Shown: positions 62,298 to 64,000 of the stretch, piece after piece
How the letters are laid out: the number at the start of each line of letters is the position of its first letter
Numbering within the stretch: position 1 is the first letter of the stretch
Assembly (NCBI GenBank): GCA_937625935.1
Contig: OW569347.1
Span: forward strand, 62,001-126,000
Length of the DNA stretch: 64,000 nt
Reading direction: 5' to 3'
Source of the DNA: Tetramitus jugosus
Lineage: Eukaryota; Protista; Heterolobosea
The notes under the pieces: generated by a model
Told to the model about the DNA's origin: nothing
Seen by the model: only the letters and a program-made list of their open reading frames with translations
Databases searched by the model: none
Position numbers and translations under genes: made by a program

Positions 62298-64000
62298 ATG
62301 ATGATCATACAACACATTCATCGAATCTTACAAATCATTCGCACATTTTTCAAGCTCAATTATTTCATTCGGCTCATCATCTATCTATTGCTCTATGCCA
62401 TTTATCTCATTATTATTACACCACTTCCTCCTCCCATCTACTCTTCCTATCCATCATCCTATCATCAACCACAACAACAACAACAACAACATGATGAAAA
62501 TTTGGGAGTGATACTCTCATTGGCCAAACAAACGAAAATCAAGTATAAAAAAGCGATACAGGAACCAATTTTTGATCGATTGATTTCTAATGTGAGGAAC
62601 ATGAATGAGATGCCTGATTTTTGGACGGATTACCCTGGTTTGAGAGGTTATGAGATGATTGTTGGTTATTTGATGTTTGGACGATTGTATCTCTTTGCAG
62701 AGAATTATCACTTTTTTTCAAAATTGAATGCTCAACATGCTCAGCAACAACAACAACAACAACAACAACAACGACAGAATTCATATTCTCCGAGTAAGAA
62801 CAATCACTACATGTTCAACAAATCGCAAATCAATAACAATACTAATAGCAATTCGAAGAAACAACCATCATCACCGTCACCGTCATCGCAACAGCAACCT
62901 GTTGAAGAGACACGCCATCCGACATTCTCTCAGTTGCTTCACTCTGTCTTCTGGTTCCTCATCAATGTTACATTTGTTCCCGATTATTACTTTATCTTTT
63001 TTAGTGCATGGTACAAGGGCTATCTGTTCACAAACGTGTTCCTGTGCTCCTATCACACAGCCATCTCTGTCTTCATGATCTGGTTCAATATTCTGTGCTT
63101 GTTGTCTGGTGATTGGTTCTGGGAACATAGTCGAAGTCAGACACATGAACGAAATCGCAGACAACAGCGCGTTCAAGAAGATAGACAATTGACCATTCTG
63201 GTGAGAGACATGTTGTTGCCAGAGTTGAACAATTTGCATGCATCGATCAATCAGTTGCGTTCCCCTGCAGATTACACTCGAATGAATGTCAATCAATTGG
63301 TGAGCAATGAATTGGAATTGCAAGATCAGTTGGATATGATACGGTATGAGTTGGTGAATCGATCCACGACGGGAGATGCCAATTCGGATACGAGTAACAA
63401 TCAGGGCAATAGTGCTGGTAGTGCTGATGGATCAAATGAGAGCAACAGTAGCATTTGGACAATGATGAACAATTATCGTCGCAATAACAATGGTCACAAC
63501 AGCTCCAGTGTTATTCATAGTAGTCCTTCTTCCATTGTGGGACGAGAGAGAAGAAATTCTCTTCGGTTTCATACGTGCGATCGTTGTGTCATATGCCTCG
63601 ATCGCAAACCTGACATTTATTTGAAAACGTGTTATCATGCATGCATGTGTCGATTCTGTGCTCTGAATCATAACCTCAATGGTCGCACAAGTCTCAGCAG
63701 TCAAGGTGAATTGAGTAGTCGATTCTCGTTCAACACCATTGGTCAAACACAAGTGAAAGAAGAAGAAGGTGGAGATCAAGGTGGAGGAGAAGCAGAGGAA
63801 ATGGATGCTTATTGGCGACAAATGATTGACTCTTACGAGGATGAATCAGATGAGAATAATAACAATATCGATACCAACAACGGTTTGCTTGCTGTTAATA
63901 GCGACAATGAAGACACTCATGAGGATGATAGTGATGATGCAATACGCTTCTATAATCCTCATGCAAAATTGAAGCCAGATCTCACGAAATGTCCCATGTG
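62298..64000 (+). CDS. Membrane-associated RING-HC E3 ligase-like protein, 3'-truncated by the window (absent from the ORF track)
   Basis: Manual translation from ATG 62298 stays open to 64000: hydrophobic N-terminal segments, then CVICLDRKPDIYLKTCYHACMCRFC and finally KCPM(C) at the window edge. Confidence 0.78.
   Translation, partial: MMIIQHIHRILQIIRTFFKLNYFIRLIIYLLLYAIYLIIITPLPPPIYSSYPSSYHQPQQQQQQHDENLGVILSLAKQTKIKYKKAIQEPIFDRLISNVRNMNEMPDFWTDYPGLRGYEMIVGYLMFGRLYLFAENYHFFSKLNAQHAQQQQQQQQQQRQNSYSPSKNNHYMFNKSQINNNTNSNSKKQPSSPSPSSQQQPVEETRHPTFSQLLHSVFWFLINVTFVPDYYFIFFSAWYKGYLFTNVFLCSYHTAISVFMIWFNILCLLSGDWFWEHSRSQTHERNRRQQRVQEDRQLTILVRDMLLPELNNLHASINQLRSPADYTRMNVNQLVSNELELQDQLDMIRYELVNRSTTGDANSDTSNNQGNSAGSADGSNESNSSIWTMMNNYRRNNNGHNSSSVIHSSPSSIVGRERRNSLRFHTCDRCVICLDRKPDIYLKTCYHACMCRFCALNHNLNGRTSLSSQGELSSRFSFNTIGQTQVKEEEGGDQGGGEAEEMDAYWRQMIDSYEDESDENNNNIDTNNGLLAVNSDNEDTHEDDSDDAIRFYNPHAKLKPDLTKCPM

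Overview
Gene-dense, intron-poor eukaryotic (protist-type) genomic DNA. It uses the standard genetic code, has short GT-AG introns (about 60-200 bp) and many Asn/Gln/Ser-rich proteins; a heterolobosean- or amoebozoan-like host is only a guess. About 25 host genes can be read, including a NEK kinase, a 3998-aa IQ-like repeat protein, AP-4 beta, EMC7, DCC1, DDX54, a MAP3K-like kinase, SAC3/GANP, CTF8, TTC1, an AVEN-like protein, an EngB GTPase, a mucin/REJ/GPS surface protein, DJ-1, RFC1, a RhoGAP and a RING E3 cut by the window edge. The standout is a complete 2663-bp non-autonomous DNA transposon (42064-44726) with 13-bp terminal inverted repeats (TIRs) and TTAA on both flanks. It carries an intact 640-aa Fanzor1-type (eukaryotic TnpB-like) RNA-guided nuclease. 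A compact predicted omegaRNA scaffold follows (44643-44730), whose 8-bp pseudoknot pairs with the right TIR plus the flanking TTAA. This predicts a guide starting at 44731 and a TTAA-type target-adjacent motif (TAM). Secondary observations: E2F-like motifs upstream of three clamp-loader genes, recent mosaic duplications in the giant ORF, and several atypical domain architectures. All calls come from reading motifs by eye; no database searches were run.
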